NCBI GenBank assembly: GCA_963665125.2
Contig: CAXXUK010000002.1
Span: 704,001-768,000 of the forward strand
DNA from: an uncultured Desulfarculus sp.
GTDB lineage: Bacteria > Desulfobacterota > Desulfarculia > Desulfarculales > Desulfarculaceae
Direction: 5' to 3'
Length of the DNA: 64,000 nucleotides
The stretch's first letter is position 1. Each line of letters starts with the position of its first letter. The translations under genes and the position numbers were made by a program. This document shows positions 17,621-26,458 of the stretch, in pieces. Below the pieces are notes generated by a model. That model saw nothing but the letters and a program-made list of their open reading frames with translations. It made no database searches and had not been told where the DNA came from.

Positions 17621-18694
17621 TCAGGCAGCCTTCAAGTTGGCCTGGCGTATGCCCGGCTCGACATCCATGCCGGCCTCAACAGCCCATTGGGCCGTGATGG
17701 GCAACAGGTTGTCCATGACAAAACCTTCCACCACCTCGCGACTCTCGAAGCTTCTGAATCCTTGGGCGCCTATTTGGTAACCGCCCTTTTTATGGAACGA
17801 AGCCCCGCCGTGGACCATGCGGTTGGCTCCGGCCAGGATCGACAATTGGACATGTTGAGCCCCGGACATGCCGATGCCGATGTCCCGGAAGATAAGCCGG
17901 GCCACGGCCACCACCTTGGCCGGTTCCATGGGCGACGGGCCGCTCATTTGGCCATCCAGGGGACCGCCGGGGTGCACCTTGAGCCAACTCACCGAAAGCT
18001 TGTAAAAATTGGGGATGCCTTTCAGGTAGAACAGGTGATCGATCCGATCTTTAGGGCTTTCGCCGATGCCGATGAGCATGGTGCTGAACAGGTTGACGCC
18101 GCAGTCGCTGATCAAATGGGCCAGGGCCTGCCTTTTTCCCAAATCGTCGCCCGGCTTGACGGCTTTGAACACTTCGGCATTGACCGTCTCAAAAGAGCTC
18201 GTGATGCCGTCGACCCCCAGTTCCTTCATGGCCATGATGTCGTCCCTGTTCAGGGCGGGGCCGTAATTGACCCAGGCCTTCAAGCCGGCGTTGTTGATCT
18301 GCTCCAGCAGGTTGACGCCAACTTGGCCGCAGTCGTCGGGATTGGTTCCGCCGCCGATCTCAACGGTGGAGGTGCCGGTTTCCTTGAACGCCGCCAAAAC
18401 CGTGCTCAACTTGGAGGGTTCCAATGACCAGGGCTCCATGTCGTGGCCCGGGATGGCCCGGCGGCAATAGAGACAGGGCGGGTCCATGGTGCATTTGGTA
18501 TTTCCGCCCATGAACCCGTCGAAGCGGAAGATGTCTCCGGCTTCATTACGGCGCACATGGCTGGCCGCGGCGAACAAAAGGGCCACCGCCTCGGGCGTTT
18601 GGGCGTTTTCCAGGAGGAACAGCGCCTCGTCTTTTTCGATGGCGGTTTGACGGGCCTTGTCGAGTATCGCGCTAAATTCGTTCATTTTGTCCAT
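17621..18694 (-). CDS. Second radical SAM protein, HcgA/HmdB-like
   Basis: CTMDPPCLYC = CX5CX2C; VKPGDDL, MLIGIGES..DRIDHLFYLK, VAVARLIF; AGGAG RBS before ATG 18694. Confidence 0.85.
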   Translation of the reverse strand: MDKMNEFSAILDKARQTAIEKDEALFLLENAQTPEAVALLFAAASHVRRNEAGDIFRFDGFMGGNTKCTMDPPCLYCRRAIPGHDMEPWSLEPSKLSTVLAAFKETGTSTVEIGGGTNPDDCGQVGVNLLEQINNAGLKAWVNYGPALNRDDIMAMKELGVDGITSSFETVNAEVFKAVKPGDDLGKRQALAHLISDCGVNLFSTMLIGIGESPKDRIDHLFYLKGIPNFYKLSVSWLKVHPGGPLDGQMSGPSPMEPAKVVAVARLIFRDIGIGMSGAQHVQLSILAGANRMVHGGASFHKKGGYQIGAQGFRSFESREVVEGFVMDNLLPITAQWAVEAGMDVEPGIRQANLKAA

Positions 18695-18757
18695 GGCAAC
18701 GGACTCTCCTGATAAACCCGCGCGCCGGCGGGAGTACGCCGGCACGCGAGGCGCGGA

Positions 18758-20896
18758 TTAGTATTCGTAGGTCAGCGAAACCATGTATAAAGCGCCGGGC
18801 GCTTCGTAGACCGTGGTATAGCACTGCCAGTCGTAGTGCACGTCAAAGATGTTTTCGGCGCTCAGGTCCACGGTGAGCATGTCGAAGAACTTGCGGGAAA
18901 CCTTGGCGTCCATGGTCCAGTAGGAATCCAACTCTTCGGTGTTTTCATTGTCGTTGTACATTTTTCCGACAAAGCGGCCCTGGACGGTAGCGGTGAACCA
19001 CTCCGGCCTGTCGAACGTCAGACCGATGTTGAATTTGTTTTCAGGCGAGACCTCCAGAACATTGCCCACGTTGGAGGGCGTTTCCTCGTCCTTGTCGATC
19101 TCGGACTTGTTGTAGGTGTAGTTGGCAAAGCCGGTCCAATACTCGTGGAAGCTGAACTCCGCCTGGAGTTCAACACCCTTGATCGAAACCTCGCCGATGT
19201 TGTCATAGATTTGCAGCTGATCGGCGATGACGGTACGCGAAGAGATCATATCCTTGACATCGGAGATATAGCCGGTGATATGCAAAGTGACCCACTGACA
19301 GAGCTGGTAATCAGCGCCCAATTCATAGGAAAAGACCTGCTCGGGATCGAGATCCGGGTTGCCCTCGATTATTCTGTTGCCTCGCCTGAGGTTGGTATAC
19401 ATGCGGGCCGGTGTGGGGGCCCGGTATCCGGTGCCCACAGCGCCGCGGAGTTTCAAGCCGGGTATGGCGTGATAGGCCACGCCCAGCTTGGGGTTGAATG
19501 AATCCCAGTCCTTGGTGGGGTAGGTCTTGTCCAGGGGGTCGTCGGGATCGGTCTCGTTGACCGCGCCGTCGAAGTTTTTCCACCAGTCCATGCGGGCGCC
19601 CACGTTGATGATCAACTTGTCGCCCAACAGGGTCGAAACGTCCTGCATGTAGAGGCCGAAATATTCCTGCTTGCCCATGGTGTTCTGGTACGTGTCGCCG
19701 GAGGAACTGAACGAAGTGCGGTGGTGCTCCAACTCGCTATGCTTGAATTCAACGCCAGCGGTAAGCGTGTTCCAATCGGCCAAGGCATAACTAGGCTGGA
19801 AAATCATGCCCCAGAACGGCTTGTCATAGTCTTCGAAACCCGTATAAAGGGAGTGGGCGGGCGTCCTGCCCCTGGCTGTTGAGTTGTCGAATTCCGTGGT
19901 CTGGTAGTCTTTCTGATAAAAAACCGATGCGAGAATGCTTAGGCCATCCGGGTTGTCGCGGCGGTAGGTGGCGTTGACCTTCCCGGTTTTCCGGGGATTG
20001 GTGTTGGAGTAGATGAACCCGCGGTTACGCTCTTCGTGGTAAAAGGCCGCCGTTACGTTGATGCTGCTGAGGTCGTCAATATAATAATAGAGCTTGCCCA
20101 TCAGGTTGTAGATGTCGCGGTCGGTGTTGCTCTCGTATGGTCCGTCATAATCGGCAACAGCTTTGTAGCCTGTGTTTTTGTCTTTTTTACCGCTGAAGTA
20201 GTAGCCCAGCTTGTCGTTGAGAACCCGGCCGGAGATGTTGCCGTAGCCGATCCAGCGTTCCAGGGAGCCGTAGCCGGCCTTGGCCGTAAGACCAACCGGT
20301 TTGTTAACCGGCGATTTGGTGATGATGTTGATGACGCCGCCCATGGCGTTGCCGCCGTATAATGCCGAAGCCGGTCCGCGGACAATCTCGATACGCTCGA
20401 CGTCTTCCTTGGCGATCTGGCTCCAGCCGATATTACCGTCCCATGTGTCGTTTATCGGCAGGCCGTCCACCAGGATGAGGGTTCGGCCCTGGTCGTTGGA
20501 GCCGCCCATGCCTCGCAGCGTAACCGACCTGAAGCCGCCGTAGGCGATATCGCTGCCCCAGAAATCAATACCGGCCTGGGTGCGCAGGAGATCATCCACC
20601 GATGTGGCGGGTGATGCCTCTATCTGCTCAAGTCCGATAACGGTGACAAACGATTGGGTGTCGGAAAGCTTTTCCGGGGTGCGGGTCGCGGTCACCACCA
20701 TTTCGGGTTGGCGAACCGCCGCCTTGGCTTTATCTCCGGAGTCCGCCTGTTCAGCGGTGGCGGGTTGGTCAGTTGTTGTTATTTGGCTCTGGGTGGTGTC
20801 GGCCATCGCGCCGCCCACTGTCGGTACCAAGATAAGGGCCACAGCGCATAGTAGTATCGCCAGCGAAGCCCCAAGGGTGTTTTTGCACATCCTCAC
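18758..20896 (-). CDS. TonB-dependent outer membrane receptor
   Basis: Signal peptide; EMVVTATRT; plug motifs LILVDGLPIN and VERIEIVRGPASALYG..AMGGVINIITK; GNPDLDPE; C-terminal SLTYEY. Confidence 0.95.
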   Translation of the reverse strand: MRMCKNTLGASLAILLCAVALILVPTVGGAMADTTQSQITTTDQPATAEQADSGDKAKAAVRQPEMVVTATRTPEKLSDTQSFVTVIGLEQIEASPATSVDDLLRTQAGIDFWGSDIAYGGFRSVTLRGMGGSNDQGRTLILVDGLPINDTWDGNIGWSQIAKEDVERIEIVRGPASALYGGNAMGGVINIITKSPVNKPVGLTAKAGYGSLERWIGYGNISGRVLNDKLGYYFSGKKDKNTGYKAVADYDGPYESNTDRDIYNLMGKLYYYIDDLSSINVTAAFYHEERNRGFIYSNTNPRKTGKVNATYRRDNPDGLSILASVFYQKDYQTTEFDNSTARGRTPAHSLYTGFEDYDKPFWGMIFQPSYALADWNTLTAGVEFKHSELEHHRTSFSSSGDTYQNTMGKQEYFGLYMQDVSTLLGDKLIINVGARMDWWKNFDGAVNETDPDDPLDKTYPTKDWDSFNPKLGVAYHAIPGLKLRGAVGTGYRAPTPARMYTNLRRGNRIIEGNPDLDPEQVFSYELGADYQLCQWVTLHITGYISDVKDMISSRTVIADQLQIYDNIGEVSIKGVELQAEFSFHEYWTGFANYTYNKSEIDKDEETPSNVGNVLEVSPENKFNIGLTFDRPEWFTATVQGRFVGKMYNDNENTEELDSYWTMDAKVSRKFFDMLTVDLSAENIFDVHYDWQCYTTVYEAPGALYMVSLTYEY

Positions 20897-21112
20897 TGCT
20901 GTTTCCTTCCAGGGTCCGCCGTGCTACTATCAGTACGGGGACCACGCCTATGGTAATAGTGATCCCTGACAAGCGGGCCCGCGTGTTTTCGCCGACCGGG
21001 GTCCGCTTGTTGCGTATTGCGCCGATTGCATTGCTGCAAACGTCACTTCATTAAATATAATAGATAATTAGGACAAGCTTCTTGGTTGGGCCGCCGCTCC
21101 TGTCTCCCCCAT

Positions 21113-21150
21113 AAAAATAGGCCTACCGGTGGCGTTTCCACCGATAGGCC
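21113..21150 (-). terminator. Terminator-like hairpin in the leader of the TonB receptor operon
   Basis: GGCCTATCGGTGG-AAACG-CCACCGGTAGGCC followed by TATTTTT, downstream of TTGACA at 21248-21243. Confidence 0.6.
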
Positions 21151-21387
21151 TTCATGACCAGCTATTGGTTTTTTGATTCGTTAGGTTTAGTTCGGTTTCA
21201 CACCGAGATTAACTGCACATGCATAACTAAAACTCCGTTTTCTGTCAACCATATTCTCGTAGCAACAGGCAACCCAACCTGTATATCAATTTTCTGAAAA
21301 TGAAAAGTGTGTTGCTCATATGACTTAAGTCCCCAGTGTCATCCATCAGTGGGGTCTCTTGTACTGGACTTTTGTGAAATTTGCTGC

Positions 21388-21577
21388 CGAGTATCAAACG
21401 AGTATCAAAAAATATCATTTTAAAGCAAAAAGGGTTACGCCATATGACGTAACCCTTTGAAATCATTGGTGGGCGGTGCGGGATTCGAACCCACGGCCTT
21501 TGGCTCCGGAGCGCAATGCCCTATCAAGTTATTTCAAGCACTTACCCTACCCTTTGACACTCACCACGAGTATCAAA
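21388..21577. repeat. attP-like junction: CGAGTATCAAA repeats on both sides of a tRNA-Arg(CCG) 3' fragment
   Basis: CGAGTATCAAA at 21388, 21399 and 21567; GGTTACG..CGTAACC palindrome like that in the ACG att; IHF-like motifs. Confidence 0.7.
21467..21511 (-). pseudogene. 3' half of tRNA-Arg(CCG) (att core)
   Basis: Minus strand CTCCGGAGCCAAAGGCCGTGGGTTCGAATCCCGCACCGCCCACCA; no 5' half. Confidence 0.8.
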
Positions 21578-21640
21578 AATGCACCAATATTATGATCAGC
21601 AAGGCCCACCACCCTTCCTGTTTTAAGCCGACGAAGCACG

Positions 21641-22657
21641 TCAGGCATCAACAGACAGGGCCCGCTTGATCATGCGTTCAACGGCATCTGTCAGATTCAC
21701 GTATTGCAAATCCACCTCCGGGTGGGACTTGGCAAAAACGCGGAACAACTCGTCGGCAAAGGCCTGCCCGATCTCGGCGACGTCTGTGAAGTCCAACACC
21801 ACGCGCTTAAATCGTTCGAAACGTTGGTATAACCGTTTGGCCTGGGAGCGCGACACCAGCTTCTCGCCTTCGTATTGGGCCAAGTGCACGGGAACCACAG
21901 TTTCGGCAAAACTATACTCTTCGGGGGCAGCGAAGCGGTCAAACACCTCCTGCATAATCCTTTGGCTCTGGTTGGCCAACTGCAACCGCACCACGGTGCC
22001 TGATACATCATCACTGCCATCCTTCAATATATCGGCTTGGCCGTGATCATGTTGAAAATGCAACCCGCCCGACATAATGGCGAATTCATCAAAAAGCTTG
22101 GACGCGAAGAAAATACCCTCCCCTGAGTGTCGGGCTGGGTCGGTGGTGAATTTTCCCTTTGCCAGTTCAAGGATTGACTCGCGTGGATCGTACAGGCCCA
22201 GCGCCAACTGAATCTTGTGGAAAATGCCCACGCCGTCATCCTTGATTTGGGCGCAAGCGTGATGGGCATTACCCTGCACCAGTATTTTCAGTTGGCTGCC
22301 TTCAGAATGGTCAATGGCGTTGTTGACCATTTCCGTAACACCGTAATGCCAGATATCGCGCACGCTGAAGGGCAGATCGGCCAGCTTCGGCGCAAAACTC
22401 TCTCGCCAAACCAGATCCTCACTCAACCCCTCCAAGTGGTAGTCTCGTGTCTCCTCCCATAGGATGGCTAAGCTGTAAACCCGAGCGCGAGTGCTACCCG
22501 TGGCTGTTACAAGCTTCTTATCAACAAGCCGTCGCAGATGAGCGTTGACAGCTTGGCGGGAAATGCCTAATTCGACCGCCAGACGGGGGGCTACGTTACT
22601 ACCATCCTGGGCGATCAGGGCCAAAGCCTGCTGTTCAACTGATTCTTTGTCAAGCAT
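21641..22657 (-). CDS. HTH + HATPase + STAS-like (DUF4325) protein
   Basis: LAVELGISRQAVNAHL; EMVNNAIDHS, IKDDGVGIF, HSGEGIFF; VSRSQAKRL..VVLDFTDVAEIGQAFADELFRVF. Confidence 0.85.
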   Translation of the reverse strand: MLDKESVEQQALALIAQDGSNVAPRLAVELGISRQAVNAHLRRLVDKKLVTATGSTRARVYSLAILWEETRDYHLEGLSEDLVWRESFAPKLADLPFSVRDIWHYGVTEMVNNAIDHSEGSQLKILVQGNAHHACAQIKDDGVGIFHKIQLALGLYDPRESILELAKGKFTTDPARHSGEGIFFASKLFDEFAIMSGGLHFQHDHGQADILKDGSDDVSGTVVRLQLANQSQRIMQEVFDRFAAPEEYSFAETVVPVHLAQYEGEKLVSRSQAKRLYQRFERFKRVVLDFTDVAEIGQAFADELFRVFAKSHPEVDLQYVNLTDAVERMIKRALSVDA

Positions 22658-22939
22658 ATCCGCCCCTATTGGAATTTATTTTGACCAGCATTGTCAACCA
22701 GGCCACGTTTATTGTCAAGGTAAGTTTGCCCCAAAAACACTAACCAGGCTTTATGAAGCGTATGCGGTTAGGCTCCAGTGCCACCACCTTTGGTGGTTGA
22801 TCCGGAAGGCCAAGGGCTACGATGCCGCACAGGGTGATATCGTCGAGCATGTAACGGTTTAGGTTAGTACCTGGTCTTGAGCCAATAGGCGCCGGTGCCC
22901 AAGGTCACCGCACCGGTGTATATGCCCTTAGACGAAAAA

Positions 22940-22968
22940 GAGGAGTACCGTCGTCGACGGTACTCCTC
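22940..22968 (-). terminator. Terminator downstream of primase gene
   Basis: Perfect 13-bp stem GAGGAGTACCGTC-N3-GACGGTACTCCTC followed by TTTTT on the minus strand. Confidence 0.7.
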
Positions 22969-23057
22969 ATCAACTTACTGATATGTCACATATTACAGAC
23001 ATACATCGTTAGCCAAACTAAGAATTGGCATTTCTAAATAGAACATCAGAACTCTGA

Positions 23058-25847
23058 TCATAAATCCCATGTCGCATGTTCGACTTCTTCTGAATCATCA
23101 TTTTCCGCATCGTCGTTTTCAGCGATATCACCCAAAAAATCTGGATCAAAGACATACATCCTTTTCGAAGTACCAAGGGCATTAATTCTTACAGACTTGG
23201 TCGGATTACCCTCGCTGTCAGTTGGCAAATTTCCGAGCCGAACCAATTCGCTCGCGATCATTTTTGAATCAAACCCTTTGCACATTTCGTGTGTAAATAC
23301 ACGTGGGTACACAAAATAGCGGATTCCGCCATCAACTTCTTCATAAAAGCCAGCTCTATCACGAGCCTTTTGCCCTGTACCATCTCTGGGTTCGAACCTG
23401 CCATTGCCATACTGCAGCAAAAAGTCCCGAACCTGCTCAACACCTCGATCAATTTCATACGCTCCATGACCGCCGCGTTCAGCAAGCCATGCGTCAAAGA
23501 CCTTAGCAAGACCAACTTCGATTTCTTGTGGAGAAATAGGCCAGATTTTTGCGGTAGCCGCCAAAGACCCGGCAGCGTACAGAACGCCAAACTTCTTCGC
23601 TACCCTGAAAACTTGACCGTCAGCACCAGCAGGACAATGCTTGCGCACAAAATGGTCTCGGGCCTTTTTTATCCAGGGAGCAAACATATCTTCACGTGTA
23701 GTAATTACTGCAATGAATGCCCTGATCGGTATACCATAATATTTTCTGCTAGATGCGGCCAAGTGGTCGGCAAACCTGGCCCCATCAGCGAACCCGTGCA
23801 AATCCTCAAACAAACCCAGACCAGCACCGGCATCAGCAGGGATATCAATCAAGCGTAATTCCTGGCCGGCTTTAATCCGTAGGCCAGCTTCGTGCATCTT
23901 TTCAGCAAGTGCCAATTCGCCAGAGCTGAAAAACAGAGTCGTCCACTTTGCCGCCGAACGCGCCATGCCCGTCTGATTTGCCCTCGTTTTACCAACACCA
24001 TTGGCAAGCATATAAGCTATTTTGCCAGCTATCATGCCATCGACTTGGCCAAGTTCATCCAAGCACAACAAAGAATCATTATGAATCAGCGCTACGCCTT
24101 CCAATCCATTATCGGTTGCACGCCAAGAACGACAATAACCGTTACGATCATCGCCGCCCCAAACAGAGCCTGCGACGTTCAAGGCGACTGTTTTGCCGAT
24201 AGAGGACCGTCCTCTAAGGTGCACTCCAAATGACTCCATCTGAGTAAGGCTTAAAAACGGGGCAGCGAAGGCCGATGCGGCAGCAAGAATCAACCGGGAG
24301 TTGCCCTTGCACAGTTTACCGACCTCTTCTTGCCACTCGGGTAGCGTCCCGGAAGCAATAAATGCATGATCCGGCTGGTAATCCGCCTGGAATATTATTT
24401 GCTCGGCTTGTGGTGGTCCAAAGACATCGCCACCCAAAACGAAATTGGAACCACACCATCCGAACCGCTCCACGCATCGATGCAGCGGTAAATTATTCCG
24501 CGATAGGATGTAGTGGAGGACTTCGTTCTCATGCGCATCCGGCTCAATTTCTAGGCCAAGATCAATCAAGGTTCCCAATGCGTCTTTACCCTTCAGGTTC
24601 AACTGCACCATTGGGATGGCTATCGTTTTTTCTACACCATCATGGTTTAAAAGAGTGAGTTGGCGTCCCCATCCCTCACTGGAGGTATTTCTGGTTTTCG
24701 CATCAACGGTTAGAGGCGAACAAATGCGCTGAAGTTCAGAGCCACCAGCACCATCTTTGCCCTTGCCACCTATACGCTTGTACACGCCATCATCTTCACA
24801 TACATACAGGTCGTTATCTTCGTCTTGGATGCCCTGCTCATTGGCTGGGGCAGGCACTGAAATTGCTGCTGCAACCTGAGCACGCACAACTTCAAGCCCC
24901 TCCAACGCATGGAGATCGTTGAAGTCCGTGCCGCAGTTTTCATCGCTAAATTCGGGTATCGCAAGCATTGCGCCATATTTGGCAGCTACCGCGGTGGCTC
25001 CCGTTTTTCCAGGGTTGCCATCGGTGTTATAGTCATCATCGCCGCAAATAATCAGCTGGCGGGCGGGAAACCTGCTCCGCACAATTCGGGCGATATTTAT
25101 TAGGTTGCTCAGCGACAATGCAGCAAATACGGTATATCCGGTCGCCATGTTCAGCGATGCCGCAGTTGCAAAGCCTTCACATACTATTACGGTACCGTCA
25201 CTGCCCTCCACGAACGGGTAGTACCCGTTCTTCATCTTTCCACCCGGCAGGTTGCGCTTCTCCCCTTCACCAGAAATTCGGTGGATGCTCTGCACGAAGC
25301 CGTCTTCGCCATACACCGGCACCAACAGGACATTATTCTCGTCAACCCGCAGATCATCTCGGCTTTTTATGCCCTTTTTAACCAGATACGGGTGTTCATC
25401 AGTACAGCACGCAGACTTATTCAGCAGATCTTCAGCGAACTTTGCTGCTTTTTCCTGTCCTGCCCGGCACTCTTCTTCTTGCTGCTGCTTAGCTTTTTCC
25501 TTATATTCACGGTAGTTATCTTTCTCCGGAGCAGTCATCTTGGCGGGGTCTTTTGAGCACCATTTTATTTCTTTACCGGTAACCCAATTTAGTCCCCAAC
25601 CACCATAGAAGGTTCCATTATCAAATGCGACATAAGCGCCATCCTTGCCACCGGTCTTGCTTTGCACCGGACACCGACACATCGTCCCATCAGGGGTAAT
25701 ACCCACGGGGCAGAGGCCGATTTCTTCGAGTTCGGCCTCAAACTCCGCCATAGCTTTAATTTCATCTTTAATATCAGTATTTCTCGTGATCAGTTCATTC
25801 GGGGCTTCACCCTTTCCGCGCTTTACGGCGCAATTGTCTTTTTCCAT
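23058..25847 (-). CDS. Toprim primase fused to DUF927 P-loop helicase
   Basis: HPYLVKKGI, VCEGFATAASL, ICGDDD, GTDFNDL; GWGRQL, GRSSIGKT, SWRATDNGLEG, LCLDELGQ, YMLANGVGKTRA, AGQELRLIDI. Confidence 0.9.
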   Translation of the reverse strand: MEKDNCAVKRGKGEAPNELITRNTDIKDEIKAMAEFEAELEEIGLCPVGITPDGTMCRCPVQSKTGGKDGAYVAFDNGTFYGGWGLNWVTGKEIKWCSKDPAKMTAPEKDNYREYKEKAKQQQEEECRAGQEKAAKFAEDLLNKSACCTDEHPYLVKKGIKSRDDLRVDENNVLLVPVYGEDGFVQSIHRISGEGEKRNLPGGKMKNGYYPFVEGSDGTVIVCEGFATAASLNMATGYTVFAALSLSNLINIARIVRSRFPARQLIICGDDDYNTDGNPGKTGATAVAAKYGAMLAIPEFSDENCGTDFNDLHALEGLEVVRAQVAAAISVPAPANEQGIQDEDNDLYVCEDDGVYKRIGGKGKDGAGGSELQRICSPLTVDAKTRNTSSEGWGRQLTLLNHDGVEKTIAIPMVQLNLKGKDALGTLIDLGLEIEPDAHENEVLHYILSRNNLPLHRCVERFGWCGSNFVLGGDVFGPPQAEQIIFQADYQPDHAFIASGTLPEWQEEVGKLCKGNSRLILAAASAFAAPFLSLTQMESFGVHLRGRSSIGKTVALNVAGSVWGGDDRNGYCRSWRATDNGLEGVALIHNDSLLCLDELGQVDGMIAGKIAYMLANGVGKTRANQTGMARSAAKWTTLFFSSGELALAEKMHEAGLRIKAGQELRLIDIPADAGAGLGLFEDLHGFADGARFADHLAASSRKYYGIPIRAFIAVITTREDMFAPWIKKARDHFVRKHCPAGADGQVFRVAKKFGVLYAAGSLAATAKIWPISPQEIEVGLAKVFDAWLAERGGHGAYEIDRGVEQVRDFLLQYGNGRFEPRDGTGQKARDRAGFYEEVDGGIRYFVYPRVFTHEMCKGFDSKMIASELVRLGNLPTDSEGNPTKSVRINALGTSKRMYVFDPDFLGDIAENDDAENDDSEEVEHATWDL

Positions 25848-26039
25848 TTTTCACCTGTTGTTTTGTCGACCTCACTTCTCGGAGGTTGTTAAGGGTTAAA
25901 CGCTCAGGGGACCAACCCTCCTTTTTGAGTCCCCGGGGAAAAGTACTCGTGATTACCGCACTCAGCAGCCAGTACTGTAGTCGACAAGTCATATCCGATA
26001 CCGTGTAGACTGCCGTTTGAGAATGCGGGCGTTTTCTTA

Positions 26040-26323
26040 TTTGTCATGAATTTTTTTCGAGCATCTTTCTGCATGATTAGTTCAAAAAATATAGCCCATG
26101 TGCCTCGTCAGAGGTATAGCAACACGGGCGCTCATTTGAACGTGATTTGCTTTACCGTTTGTCATGAATTATTTTCGAGCCTGCGGCTGCACGATCGGTT
26201 CAAAACATTGATGCACGTGCCTCGCTGGCAATACGGCAATGCGGATGCTCATGTGCGCGTGATTTGCTTTCGTGTTTGTCGTGAATCATTTTTAAGCCTG
26301 TGACTGCACGATTGGTTCAAAAA
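26040..26323. repeat. Imperfect tandem repeat, ~117-118-bp unit, about 2.4 copies
   Basis: Units start at 26040, 26158 and 26275 (TTTGTC.TGAAT..CTGCA.GAT..GTTCAAAA..GTGCCTCG..GCTCAT..CGTGATTTGCTTT). Confidence 0.85.
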
Positions 26324-26458
26324 GTCTTTCAGCTTGCCGGACATATTGGTACCCTTATTAAAGGTCGCCATAAACCATCCATGGGGTTGTAGCCGCCGTC
26401 TACCCCGAACAAGGATGTGCTCAAAGACTGTTATTTTGAGCAATCGGCTCATTGAGAG

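Noticed and set aside
15466..18694. Calling the radical SAM genes biotin synthase (bioB)
   Set aside because: They have CX5CX2C rather than CX3CX2C, and no bio biosynthesis genes are adjacent; they resemble HcgA/HmdB more.
20897..21250. Cobalamin or Moco riboswitch call
   Set aside because: No convincing match to the consensus elements by eye; kept only as an unassigned structured leader.
21467..21511. Functional tRNA-Arg(CCG)
   Set aside because: Only the 3' half is present; no D-arm or 5' acceptor strand.
26040..26323. CRISPR array
   Set aside because: Long degenerate units without unique spacers, and no cas genes in the window.
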